Counted from the first letter of the stretch, positions 41,645 to 52,600 are shown. The stretch is 64,000 bases of DNA from Candidatus Krumholzibacteriales bacterium (GCA_046483305.1 JAWODM010000014.1:32001-96000), one strand, 5' to 3'. Numbers and translations: made by a program. The notes: generated from the sequence alone by a model not told the origin.

Positions 41645-42520
41645 TTGCGTAAAATATTTGTTTTCATAACAGTGATTTTCCTGCCGGTAAACCTGTTTTC
41701 CTCATCTCTTTCCATGGACCCGGCGCCGGTCCCTGAACCGGAACAGAAAAGGTCGGTTTTCAGAAGTTCATATTCGATAGGCGGTTCCGGCTCAGGTGGC
41801 ATCAGGCTCTCTCTGGCCGGCAGGGAAGGGATCAAATTACAGCTCCTGAGCGCCAGGCGGGGCTATGGCTTTGACGGCACCTTTGAACCCGGCAGCCGTG
41901 ATTATTCCACAGGAGGGATTATAGCCCGCAATGTGCTTCTGCCCGGACTGGGCCAGCGGAAGATGGGACAGAGAATGCGCTCCCGGATATATTTTTTCCT
42001 GGAAGGAGCCGCCTGGGTGGGACTGGGCACGTTCTTCTGGCAGAAAATGGCCAGGACCGGCGCGTACGAGGAGTACGCGGTGGCCTACGCCGGTGTGGAA
42101 GAAAAAGGGCTTTCAGAGGATTACTATGAGACCATCGGCAATTTCATGAGCAGCGACGGCCCGGGCGGGTATAACGAATATGTTATGAGAGAAGCCAGGG
42201 ACCTTTACTACCCCGACCAGGAGGCCATACAGGACTATTATGAGGCCAATGCTCTGACTGGCGACCAGTCCTGGAGATGGCTTTCCGAGAGTACCTATGA
42301 CAAATATAATTCACTCCGCAAGGGAGCAAACAGCTCCGAGAGAAGGGCGGTTTATTCCCTGTTCTTTATGCTGGGATTGAGGCTGATCAGCAACATCGAT
42401 GCGGTCAGGTCTATTATGACCGATGAAGGAGATCAGGAGCAGGCCGGACAGGGCGGGGCAGCCATAGATATTCATCAGAACGGGGAAGGTATTTCCGTCG
42501 TTCTGAAACGGCCCTTCTGA
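41645..42520 (+). CDS. Hypothetical envelope protein (DUF5683-like)
   Basis: Signal peptide, VLLPGLGQ, YYETIGNF, ISNIDA, C-terminal Phe. Confidence 0.65.
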   Translation: MRKIFVFITVIFLPVNLFSSSLSMDPAPVPEPEQKRSVFRSSYSIGGSGSGGIRLSLAGREGIKLQLLSARRGYGFDGTFEPGSRDYSTGGIIARNVLLPGLGQRKMGQRMRSRIYFFLEGAAWVGLGTFFWQKMARTGAYEEYAVAYAGVEEKGLSEDYYETIGNFMSSDGPGGYNEYVMREARDLYYPDQEAIQDYYEANALTGDQSWRWLSESTYDKYNSLRKGANSSERRAVYSLFFMLGLRLISNIDAVRSIMTDEGDQEQAGQGGAAIDIHQNGEGISVVLKRPF

Positions 42521-42576
42521 TCGAACCGGCGGCGCCGGCAGCCAGCCCGCCTCTTTCTGCAGGGACAGATTCGGAT

Positions 42577-43488
42577 ATGCGGAAATTACACCGGTTGATT
42601 CTATTGTTAATTTTTGTTCCGGCGGCGGTTCATGCCGCCGTGCAGGAGGAAGAGCCTGCTGCCGGGGATTATCCGAATATAGTGGAAGCTGATTCGGTTC
42701 TTGCCGGGCTGAAGGAACCGCTGGGAATCTCCGCCGGGGCCCGCGGCGGGATATATGTGGCCGACGGGATGAGCGGCAAACTTTTCAAATATATGGCCGG
42801 CCGGGAAGTTCTCGAATTTCCGGTGCCCCGGTCGCTTGTTTCGATATATCCGGTTGATGTGGCGGCCGGAGCGGACCCCTTTATATATGTACTGGATTAC
42901 TCCTCCGGGAATGTACTAAGATACGACTACAGGGGAGGATATCTGGATGTACTTATATCGTTCGATGATTTCAAGCCCTCTTCAATATCGGCGGGAGCGG
43001 GAGGGAGCTTTATTCTGACAGATATGGAGAATCATTCGGTCCTGGTACTCAATCCCCTCCTGGACAGAGAGGTGGAGATAGAGGGTTACGGCTGGGAAGC
43101 GGGCTTTTTCAATAAACCGGCGAAAGCTGTAATACTGCGGGACGGGAGGCTGGCGGTTGCCGATACCGGCAACCGGAGAGTGCAGATATTTTCGTCCTCG
43201 GGCCTCTATCTGAGGCAGTTATCCCCGCCGGACAGCCTTGGCTTCAAATCTCCAAGGTCGCTCTGCTGCGGCCCGGAGGGAAATATATTCGTTGCCGATA
43301 CCGGGAGGGGTTCGGTTTTTGCCTACTCGCCCGGAGGGGAATATATCACCGCGATAGATTCCTATTCGGGAAAGAAAATATCGCCTTCCGCCCTCACTGT
43401 CGATCTGAATGATAACCTTTTCGTTGCCGATCTGCTTTCCAGGTCGATTCTCATATACAGGCTTGTTTATCCGGACAATGAGCGATGA
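42577..43488 (+). CDS. Secreted NHL-repeat beta-propeller protein
   Basis: Repeats IYVAD, LAVADTGNRRVQIF, IFVADTG, LFVAD. Confidence 0.85.
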   Translation: MRKLHRLILLLIFVPAAVHAAVQEEEPAAGDYPNIVEADSVLAGLKEPLGISAGARGGIYVADGMSGKLFKYMAGREVLEFPVPRSLVSIYPVDVAAGADPFIYVLDYSSGNVLRYDYRGGYLDVLISFDDFKPSSISAGAGGSFILTDMENHSVLVLNPLLDREVEIEGYGWEAGFFNKPAKAVILRDGRLAVADTGNRRVQIFSSSGLYLRQLSPPDSLGFKSPRSLCCGPEGNIFVADTGRGSVFAYSPGGEYITAIDSYSGKKISPSALTVDLNDNLFVADLLSRSILIYRLVYPDNER

Positions 43489-46400
43489 AGCGTTACTCCC
43501 TTTCTATTATTATCATGGTTGTATTCACCCTCGCGCCTCTGCGGGCAAATCCGCTCGCGGAGCCGGGAAGAGGTCCGGTTTCGAGTAAGTCTTTTATCCT
43601 TTCGCCGGGCCAGAGCCGTATCGATACCGGCATATCTTTCATAAAACCGGGTTCCGATTCCCTTATCATTGACGGCAGGGAAATCGAAAGGGGTGCCGGA
43701 TACCGGATCAGTTCCCTCAGCGGGGTGATTATCCTGAACAACCCCGCTGAAGGCGGAGAGATGGCGATCCTGTATTACAGCAGGTTCCATTTCCCCTTTC
43801 CCCCAGTGATGGCGAGAAGGTTCCCCGGAACCGGGGAGGCGCCTTTCAGAACTCCCCTCGCGGATACTGCGGCGCTGTTCAGCAGTAAGAAAATTAATCC
43901 CTACCGCCTCAACGTTTCGGCCAGCAAATCGGTGGGATTCTCGGTAGGTTCCGCGAGAGGGGTGGGGATAGATCAGAGCCTGAGAGTGACCATTGCTGGA
44001 AAACTTGCCGAAGACCTGGAGGTCAAGGCGTTCCTTTCCGATGACGACCTGCCGGTACAGCCGGAAGGGAACACCGAGGAGCTCAAACGCCTGGACCGGA
44101 TATCCATAAATATCAGGAGCAGGCATACCGAAGTAAAGCTCGCCGATTTTGCCTCCTCCCTGGACTGGTCCGTCTTTTCTTCCTTCGACAGGGAGCTCAG
44201 GGGAGGGGAGATTACGGTAAAAGCGGCCGGTCAGCGTTTCATGACAGGCGGAGGCATAGCCAAGGGCAGGTTTGAAACTATCAACATCACGGGGCGCGAA
44301 GGCGTTCAGGGCCCCTACCAGCTTCTGTCCGCCCGGAGGTTCAACGGAGTAATAGTGATTCCGGGTTCAGAGTCTGTATACCTGAATGGCAAATTAATGA
44401 AGAGAGGCCAGGAGAACGATTATGTCATAGATTACAACAGGGCGTCGGTTGCCTTTACCGAGAGAGTGCCGGTAACCGACGATTCGGAAATCGTAATAGA
44501 ATTCCAGAAGGGCGAGAGCAATTACGAGCGGAATACCTTCATGGGGGGATGGTCCGCCCCCCTCCGGGAAGGCGCTGTCAATATCAGGGCCTTCTTCCTG
44601 ACCGAGAGCGATGATAAGGACTCCCCTCTGGCCGGAGAGTTTACCGACGAGGAGATTTCAGCCCTGGCGGCGGCGGGAGACAACCCTGACAGCGCCTTTG
44701 CGTCCGGGGTGGAGAAGACAGATGAAGGGGGCAGCGGCTACATCTATTCGGAGGCGGATTCATATTTCGTGTTTGTAGAATCAGGCGCTGAATACCAGCT
44801 GGATTTCTACAAAGCCGCAGGCGGGGGGGATTATGATACCGACGGGTTTTCTTCCAGCGGAGAGCTGAAGTACCGTTACGTTGGCGAGGGAGAAGGGGAT
44901 TACAGAATAGGCAGGCGGCTCCCCCTTCCTGAAAGGAAGGATCTGGTGGCGGTATCCGCCGATGCCGGGTCCGATCATCTCTTTCTGAGGGCGGAAGGAG
45001 ATTTCAGCAGGCATGACAGGAATACCCTGTCCGGGCTCGATGACGGCGACAACAACGGGGCCGCCTATACAGTGGAGGGGGGCCTGAGAGGGTTCGATTT
45101 TCTGGAATCAACCCTCAATCTGAAAGGAAGTTACTCATCGCTGGAGAGCTCGTTTGCCGCTCCCGACCGGGTCCGCAGGGCCTATTTCTACAGGAACTGG
45201 AACCTGGAGGGAGTAGAGCTTGAAGGAAGGGAGAATATATCGGGCCTGAAGCTGAACTGGGAAAGGGACCGGTGGTGGAAGCTGGAAGGGAGCTACAGCA
45301 GGTTGACCCGAACCGGTGGGACCTCTGCGGGACGGGGGCGGGCTGAGGGAGAACTGGGGAATCCGGAAAACAGGGGGTTAAGGTTCCAGTGGCTGAGAAC
45401 GGAGAACTCCGACCGGAGAAAACGGGAATTCGCTCTGGCGAAAGGGGTGTTTGCGATGTGGAAGCTGGTTCCGGGGATTACCCTGGACCGGGAGAGGTAC
45501 CGGAGTTTCAGCCCCGCGGGGGCGGATACCGGAAGGTATTACAGGCAGGGAAAAATCTTTCTGGGAACCCGGGATCTGAAAGGTTTCGATGCAGGTATCT
45601 CTTTCAACCGCAGGCTTACCGATAACCTGAGAGAGAGCGGCGGCGCGTGGTTCAGGGCCAGGGAGAACGACGAGATTATTTTGAACGGTTCATACTCCGG
45701 TGGAACCAGGATGATAGATTTCTTTCTGAGCCACCGGGAGAGCGATGAGATAGAGTCTGGAAGCTCCAGCACCTTTGACCTGGCCAGGATCAAGTACCGG
45801 GATTCATACAGGCCGCTGGGGGTCGCTACCGACATCGGCTACAGGATCACTTCCGGCGAGGAGAGAAGAAGAGAAAGAGCTGTTATCTTCGTGGGAGAGA
45901 ATCAGGGAGATTACGATGAAGAAGGCAACGAAGTGGGCCAGAAGAGGGGCGACTATATGCTTGTGTACATCCCCGGAACGGGTACCGAAGGGGTCAGGAC
46001 GGTTGAGCTGAACTGGAAGCTGAGCTTCGGGGATGGAATCAGGGGGTTCGGTTCAATGACGGATGAGGATGGCGGCCTGTTCAACCTGATAAAGAAGAAT
46101 GTATCCCTGGACCAGATATTCTCTCTTTCCGAAAAATCAACCACCGATGAACTCTTCCGGCTCTACATCATGGATCCCGATCTTCTTCAGAGGGATGACG
46201 TGACGGTTGAAGGGTACAACCGGCTCAGGCAGGAATGGAACTTCCTCAGGGACGTCAGGAAGTACAACCTCGGTTTTACCTTCTCCAGGGAGGACAGGGA
46301 GGATAACAGGACTGAAGGGGCTTCATCCAGCAGCTATCTCAGGGAGATGAGGCTTAAATCGGAGTATTTGCCGGTTCCCTCACTGAGCATATCCCTGGAA

Positions 46401-46853
46401 GGAACCAGGACGGACAGAAGCAGTATTTCTGATAACAGGGCGGTACAGAGCTACGATATCCTCGCCTATACCCTCTCCAGCGCTCTCGGCTACAGGAGAG
46501 GGCCCAACGCCCGTTTCTCGGTGGAATTCTCCGGGCAGGACAGGGAGGATTACCTCTCAGAGTCCAGGCAGAATTCGTATTCATTCAAACCTTCAGCCAG
46601 CATCTCTCCGGCCGGGGATATAAACATAAGGACTTTCTACAAGTTTACCTACACAGATGTGAAGAACGACGGGGGGCAGCCCCTGTTCTTCCTGGAGGAG
46701 GGGGTAAGGCAGGACTGGAACATCTTCAGCCGTTACCAGGTGGGAAAGCACATAAGCGTGGGACTTAACTATACCGGCAGAAGGGAAAAGGATTTCAGGG
46801 AGGAGGTGAAGACTGTCCATGCGCTCAAGGTTGAAAGCAGGGCTTATTTTTAG
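43485..46853 (+). CDS. Large outer-membrane protein (1122 aa) with SprA-like motifs
   Basis: Signal peptide; GVQGPYQL; IPGSESVYLNG....RG...DYVIDYN; amphipathic strands; C-terminal RAYF. Confidence 0.7.
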   Translation: MKRYSLSIIIMVVFTLAPLRANPLAEPGRGPVSSKSFILSPGQSRIDTGISFIKPGSDSLIIDGREIERGAGYRISSLSGVIILNNPAEGGEMAILYYSRFHFPFPPVMARRFPGTGEAPFRTPLADTAALFSSKKINPYRLNVSASKSVGFSVGSARGVGIDQSLRVTIAGKLAEDLEVKAFLSDDDLPVQPEGNTEELKRLDRISINIRSRHTEVKLADFASSLDWSVFSSFDRELRGGEITVKAAGQRFMTGGGIAKGRFETINITGREGVQGPYQLLSARRFNGVIVIPGSESVYLNGKLMKRGQENDYVIDYNRASVAFTERVPVTDDSEIVIEFQKGESNYERNTFMGGWSAPLREGAVNIRAFFLTESDDKDSPLAGEFTDEEISALAAAGDNPDSAFASGVEKTDEGGSGYIYSEADSYFVFVESGAEYQLDFYKAAGGGDYDTDGFSSSGELKYRYVGEGEGDYRIGRRLPLPERKDLVAVSADAGSDHLFLRAEGDFSRHDRNTLSGLDDGDNNGAAYTVEGGLRGFDFLESTLNLKGSYSSLESSFAAPDRVRRAYFYRNWNLEGVELEGRENISGLKLNWERDRWWKLEGSYSRLTRTGGTSAGRGRAEGELGNPENRGLRFQWLRTENSDRRKREFALAKGVFAMWKLVPGITLDRERYRSFSPAGADTGRYYRQGKIFLGTRDLKGFDAGISFNRRLTDNLRESGGAWFRARENDEIILNGSYSGGTRMIDFFLSHRESDEIESGSSSTFDLARIKYRDSYRPLGVATDIGYRITSGEERRRERAVIFVGENQGDYDEEGNEVGQKRGDYMLVYIPGTGTEGVRTVELNWKLSFGDGIRGFGSMTDEDGGLFNLIKKNVSLDQIFSLSEKSTTDELFRLYIMDPDLLQRDDVTVEGYNRLRQEWNFLRDVRKYNLGFTFSREDREDNRTEGASSSSYLREMRLKSEYLPVPSLSISLEGTRTDRSSISDNRAVQSYDILAYTLSSALGYRRGPNARFSVEFSGQDREDYLSESRQNSYSFKPSASISPAGDINIRTFYKFTYTDVKNDGGQPLFFLEEGVRQDWNIFSRYQVGKHISVGLNYTGRREKDFREEVKTVHALKVESRAYF

Positions 46854-48492
46854 TCTGATGCTGTTTGCGCCGTCAGTTCTGAATGCCGGGCGGGCGGCCA
46901 GGGTGGAATATGCCGGTATCGACCTTCTTGATACCGGAAAGCTGAAGGCGGATTCCTACCTGAAGGAAGGCGGGCGGTTTTCCGATTCGCTTCTTTCCAT
47001 GGAATTGCAGAGGCTCGATTCGCTCTATTTCAATATAGGTTACCCCGGAGCGGTTATTGATGCCGATACCGCCGCCAGTGGCGATCAGTACCTGATAACC
47101 ATATCGGTAAGCGAAGGCGGGCAGGCCAGTTTCGGTAAAGTCGCTGTTGCGGGTGATAACCCTGTTGAGGAAAAGGGAGGGATTTACAGCCTGAAGCGGG
47201 GCGAAGATTTCCTCCCCGGGAGAGTGGAAGAGGCCATGAAATTTACCCTTTTCTCGATGAACAGGGCCGGATTCCCCTATGCCCAGGTATGGATCACCGG
47301 ATTCGACTATATCCGGGCCGATAATTCGGTGGATATATCCTTTTCCGTAGTTACCGGCGAGCGGATGACGGCCTCGGAGGTGGTATTCGAAGGGATTTCA
47401 TCCACCGACACCTCCACCGCCATGATAGCTTCGGGTTTCAGGAAGGGCAGGGAGTATGACGAAAAGATGCTGATCTCGGTCAGAAACCGCCTGGAGGCGA
47501 GCGGCCTTTTCGAAGAGGTTCTCCCCGGAAGGGTAATCCGCAGGAGCAAAGGGGAGGTTGCCCTGGTGTTTCCGGTCAGGGAACAGGAGAGAAGAAACCT
47601 CTTCCGGGGGGCTTTCGGATTCTCCCGGAAGCAGAACGATGAATACGAAGTTAACGGGAATGTGGAACTTGAGCTTAATAATATAGCGGGGACGGGCAGG
47701 GGGGCTGAATTCACCTGGATAAACGACGGCAGGGATTATTCCAGGACAGAGGTGAGCTATCTGGAACCGTTTCTTTTCTCCAGGAACCTGTCCCTGGAAA
47801 CCTCCCTGAGGCAGATTGTCAGGGATTCCCTCTACAATATGAGCAGCGGGAGCCTGAGGTTCAGGGCGCCTTTCGGCCCGGCCGGATTCAGGCTGTCGGT
47901 TTCCGCCTCCGCTGACAGGATCGTAATCCAGAACGACGTCGATCTGAGCAGGAGTTTCAGGCAGAGATACGGCCTGGGCCTTGAGAAGAGTAGCGGTTCA
48001 TATCTGAGGTTCGAGACCTCGCTGGAGGGAGGGCTCAGGAACAGTTACTACAAATTCCGGGATGACGAGTCTGTCTGGCAGCTGCTGTATAACATTGAGG
48101 CCACCTCTGAGATGCCGACTTTCCGGGGCCAGAGCGCTTATCTCAGGGTGGTATCCGAGGGGATATTCAGCGGTGGAGAAATACACCCGGCGGAGCTGTT
48201 TTCGGTGGGGGGAGCGAGATCGATCAGAGGCTACCGGGAGAACCAGTTCAGGGCCGAGCGGGCGTCCTACCTCAATCTGGAATACCGGCTGGGAAGAACC
48301 AGCAGGGTATTCCTGTTCAACGATACGGGGGTTATTTACCGAGAGGATACCGGCTGGGAGTTCAGGAACGGCGCAGGATTCGGCATAAGGTCGGTATCAG
48401 CGGTAGGAATCATCGAGCTGAGCTTCGGAATGGCGGAGCGCTTCTCCCTGGACGCCGCCAGAATACATGTGTCGCTGGTGGAGAGTTTCTAG
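46819..48492 (+). CDS. Omp85 (BamA/TamA-like) POTRA plus beta-barrel protein
   Basis: POTRA motifs (Y.NIGY, GFPYAQV, RLEASGLF), NIAGTG, YLEPF, GGARSIRGY, GAGFGIR, C-terminal Phe. Confidence 0.85.
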   Translation: MRSRLKAGLIFSLMLFAPSVLNAGRAARVEYAGIDLLDTGKLKADSYLKEGGRFSDSLLSMELQRLDSLYFNIGYPGAVIDADTAASGDQYLITISVSEGGQASFGKVAVAGDNPVEEKGGIYSLKRGEDFLPGRVEEAMKFTLFSMNRAGFPYAQVWITGFDYIRADNSVDISFSVVTGERMTASEVVFEGISSTDTSTAMIASGFRKGREYDEKMLISVRNRLEASGLFEEVLPGRVIRRSKGEVALVFPVREQERRNLFRGAFGFSRKQNDEYEVNGNVELELNNIAGTGRGAEFTWINDGRDYSRTEVSYLEPFLFSRNLSLETSLRQIVRDSLYNMSSGSLRFRAPFGPAGFRLSVSASADRIVIQNDVDLSRSFRQRYGLGLEKSSGSYLRFETSLEGGLRNSYYKFRDDESVWQLLYNIEATSEMPTFRGQSAYLRVVSEGIFSGGEIHPAELFSVGGARSIRGYRENQFRAERASYLNLEYRLGRTSRVFLFNDTGVIYREDTGWEFRNGAGFGIRSVSAVGIIELSFGMAERFSLDAARIHVSLVESF

Positions 48493-48819
48493 TAACGGTA
48501 AATTCCCGGATGACAGTGTTGGCAGGTAAATTAATTACAGGAAATTCGATTTTTCTGTCAATGAGGGAAGTGTGGGCAGGAGGATTTGCAACCCCATTTA
48601 TGCTGTGCTTCGCCGCTTTTATCCTCATTTCAGGCATGTTCCGACACCTTAAAGCAAAATTGGCTGTGGTATGGGGGAAGTAAGGCCGAATCAGATAATA
48701 ACTCATCCAACTCTCCTCGAGAGATGACACGGTTTACAATGATCCGGGCCGCTTCAGCCGAGCGGTGAGCCGCAGAGCCGGGGAGGAGGGTGATAGCGGA
48801 GAGGAGGTGGGTCACTGTA

Positions 48820-48959
48820 TGTATTTCCAGCCGATGCGTGCGCGGGATTCTATCAATCACCACCGGATCGGTGATAAAGGAAATAATCCTCATTTTGCCG
48901 CCGTATTTGACACGCGGCAGTGGGTCATTCTTCCAGACTTCAGCTGTCAGCTAAGCCCG
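48820..48959 (-). pseudogene. Decayed C-terminal fragment of an IS91/ISCR-like transposase
   Basis: RA*LTAEVWKNDPLPRVKYGGKMRIISFITDPVVIDRI resembles WA.LI.KV...DPL.CP.CGG.MRIIAFI.DP.VI..IL; internal stop and both Cys lost. Confidence 0.65.
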
Positions 48960-49136
48960 GCATATCAATTATGAAAAAAAACCAATTCGTTTCGAGAAAA
49001 GAATAAAGTAGCGCGCAATAGTTGGGTTTTCGCTTTTTGAGGGGCCATAATAATTTCCCGCAATCATTTTCTGGTGTTTGGTTATATGGTTTCCCTTTAA
49101 ACAGCAGGGTATATGGAGGCGGCATATCTGTGGATG

Positions 49137-49616
49137 CTACCGCCCCCCGTAGATTTTCTTCAGAAAGCCCCAGCTCACCTCGGCGCTTACCGTGCCGCTA
49201 GCGGGAGACACCTCGGCAACGTCGATGAAATCGCACGGCACGGCCAGTGTTCCCTGGCATACACGGGTGAAGGTGTGCCCCGCGACAAGGATCTCCTTGT
49301 CGATATACTGGCTCAGGTTTATCGAATCCGCCTCAAGGTAAAAGCTCTGTCGCGGCTCTCGCGCTTCGAGGTAATACTCTCCGCAAAAACAGATGCAGAT
49401 CTCGGGCTTCGGCTGAAAGCGCAGATATCCTTTGGAGATGCAAATAGTATCATCACCGTTTATTACTATTGACCGGTAATCTCCGGCGCCGGCTTCAGGC
49501 AATTCTGGTTCCCCGGACCTTACTCCATCGCCCGGTCCCAGAATCGATAACAGCAGCAGAGAGGTTGCTATCAGGAATACTTTCCGCAGATTGGTTATCG
49601 AATTGTAATCGCTCAT
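49137..49616 (-). CDS. Secreted Cys-rich hypothetical protein with a C-terminal SWGxxKxxY motif
   Basis: Signal peptide; six Cys; ends VSAEVSWGFLKKIYGGR. Confidence 0.7.
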   Translation of the reverse strand: MSDYNSITNLRKVFLIATSLLLLSILGPGDGVRSGEPELPEAGAGDYRSIVINGDDTICISKGYLRFQPKPEICICFCGEYYLEAREPRQSFYLEADSINLSQYIDKEILVAGHTFTRVCQGTLAVPCDFIDVAEVSPASGTVSAEVSWGFLKKIYGGR

Positions 49617-49638
49617 TTCAATCTCACCCCGGTAAAGT

Positions 49639-49670
49639 CCGGGAGCCTCCCAAAGCGCGGAGGCTCCCGG
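49639..49670 (-). terminator. Hairpin after the giant protease gene (terminator or mRNA-stabilising stem)
   Basis: CCGGGAGCCTCC-N8-GGAGGCTCCCGG; weak U tail. Confidence 0.55.
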
Positions 49671-49679
49671 TAATTGTTC

Positions 49680-52600
49680 TCACCTCAATAGAACCATCTT
49701 CTTCGTTATCTTGACATCTTCGGTCACGAACCTGGCGAAGTAGATGCCTGTCGCGACCGCCGAGCCGTTGTCATTAGTCCCTTTCCACTGGAACTCGTGA
49801 ATTCCGGGTTCCTTCATCCCCTTGAAGACCTTTTTGACCAGTCTTCCTTTCACATCGTAGATCTTCAGGGACACCTGCCGCTGATCTCCGGCCGGCAGTC
49901 CGAAACGGATAGTGGTGACAGGGTTGAACGGGTTCGGATAGTTCTGCCACAGCGTGAACTTTTCGGGTATCACGTTGTCGCTGTCGCCGACCGCTTCTCT
50001 GCCGTCGGCATCCATGGTGATGGTACCTGAAGCTGTGGCCATCCAGTCGAGTGCGCGGTCGAGGATCTCCGCACGCCGCGTCTCTTCCTGGATGTAAGTG
50101 AAGTTGAAGGTGAAGTAGACCGAAACATGATTGGGACCGATGTACCTCACCGCTGCCGCTGAATCCGGCCCGGAGGGGGTCATCGGCCACAGTTTCGAAT
50201 CCCACTCTTTACCTTCCTTGCTGTAGAAGGCGGACATTTCCTCCCTCGATTCGAACATGTCAAGAGACGATCCTGTTCCGCTCCACTTGTAAATTACCTG
50301 GCCTCCCGAATAGGTGGTGGACAGTTTGACCTCGTCGGGATAGGAGCCCTGAATTGTAAAGGTCTCGCCGGCGCCTATGGGATCTCCAGGCGTGCTCGAG
50401 ATCTGTCTCCAGCCCGGGTCGTCCTTGACGTACGCGGTTCCGGTGTACTGCTCCATCCAGGATCTGGCTGTGGATCCATAGGAGAGGTCTCTGCCGAGGA
50501 ACCAGATCTTCTGACTTTCACCATCGGAGGCGCTCAGGAAAGCTCCCAGGGTGTCCATCTGGGTGGTGCTGAGATACCAGGACTCGTCCACTATGACTGC
50601 GTCATAGGAATGAAGTATGGCGGTCGCAGGAACTCCAAGTTCGTCCCAATCCCAGATATCCGCGGTCCGTCCAGCGGCGGTGAAGGCCTGCTGGAAGACT
50701 TCGGGAGCGGTATGACCGGCGCCTCCAAGCAGCACCAGGATATCGCCAGAAGGCATGATGCCGAACTCATAGTAAGAAGCGGGAGCTCCGGCCGGATCGA
50801 ACGACGTGTTCGCGCCGTCGTCCTCCGCCTCCAGATACAGTCTTATCCTGGTTCCGGAAGCCTGCCCGGGGATGTCGCCTGAATACTCGTCGGGATTACC
50901 GGTCGGCGACATGGCCACCGCATTCCAGGTGCCGCCCTCGTTGATGCTGTAATGCAGCTGCACCGAAGAAACTTCGCCCAGGGCGTCGATCACTTCCGTG
51001 GTAACAGTGTACGGGCCTGTAGTATCGAACGTTGAAGATGGCACCGTGGTCGACACAAAGTTGGGACCTTCTGTGTCTTCGGCGCCCATTATGCTGACGT
51101 CATCGATATACCATCCGACCTTGTTGACCCACGAATCGCTTCCGAAATGGAACCTGATGATGACCTCCTGTCCCTTGTAGGGTGTAAGGTCGCAAGTCAC
51201 CTGGTGCCAGTTATCATTGTTGTATCCGGTGAAGCACGGTTCGTTCGGTATGCCCGCGTTGTAGCTCTTGGCCGTTCCGTTATAACCGATATCCGGAGTG
51301 AGTATCGACCAGGTGCTTCCTCCGTCGGTGGAAATCTTTATGTTCCCTCCGTCGTAGTTGGTCTCGATATAGTACCACTGCCAGAAGGTCAGCATAGCGT
51401 AGGAGCTGCCCGCTGGAACTATGACCTCGGGCGTCTCCAGCTTGGAGTTCGAGCTGGAAGAATAGGTGCCGCCGACCTGTGTCGCCCAGAGGTTGACCCC
51501 TGAATTAGCTCCGTCGGGTCCGGTGGTGGGTTCGCCCCATTCCCAGTCGCCTGTCGAGCTGAATCGGCCGTCAGTAGCTTCGAAATCCCAGGTGTAATAG
51601 TCCACGATCTCGAAGGAATGGTATCCGGATTCCGGTTCTCTTGCCGTATTGGGAACGGCCGCTGCATCCCGAGCTCTTATATAGTAGTTGAACACATCGC
51701 CCAGAGCGGCCGGTCCGGGAATATCTCCCGTGTAGAGGTCTCCTCCGGCGTTTGTCATGGTGATGGTAGTGTTGGCGCCGCCGTTCTTGTTGTATGTGAG
51801 GAATACCCCGGCTGGATCGACACCCACATTGTCGGTCACAGTAGCCTCTACCGTGTAGGGGCCTGTCTCGTCCGGCGTATTGGGCAGTGGATAGTGGACT
51901 ATCTCCGGAGGAGTTATATCCGCTGTCACCTCGAACGAATGCTGTACATCCGGCGCTCCCGACGGATGGAAGCTGGTGTTTCCGTCGGTGTTGGTGGCGC
52001 TGATGTAGTAATGTACGGTAGTGCCGTAGGATTGCGGAGGTATATCCGCTGAGTATTCGTCCGGGTTGGCCGTGGGGTTCATCTGCAGGCTAACCGGTCC
52101 CGCACCGGCGTCGTAGATCAGGTTGATCCGGTTGGGGTCCAGATACTCGGAGTACACGTTGGCGGCTACGGTGTAGGTGCTCAAGGTGTCTTCGGTATCA
52201 TGAAGCGGTTCGTGCAGGATCTCCGGGGCGGCGAACCACTTGAGTGTCCTGTCGATGATGCCCGCCCTTCTCCACGGTTCCTGGATGTAGTTGAAGTTGA
52301 AGGTGAAGTACACAGAACGATATTTATCGCCGTTGTACTTGATTCCGGCGGCCGCGTCTATGCTTTGCGGATCGTGCGGCATCACGCCGTCCCATTCCTT
52401 TCCGGCCTTCTGGTAGGTCCCGGCAATCTCCTCTCTGTCAAGGTACGTACCTTCTCCGGTGTACTGGTAGACAAGCACGCCGCCCGGATAGGCCTCGCTG
52501 CGTTGAGTCTCGTCAGGATACGAACCGGAGATTACGAAGGTCTCATTGGCTCCGATCGGTTCGCCGGGCGCTCCGGTGAGTTCGCGGTATCCGGGATTGT

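Noticed and set aside
48586..49472. Short overlapping ORFs after the Omp85 gene
   Set aside because: Explained by the decayed transposase relic or as shadows of the 49137-49616 gene
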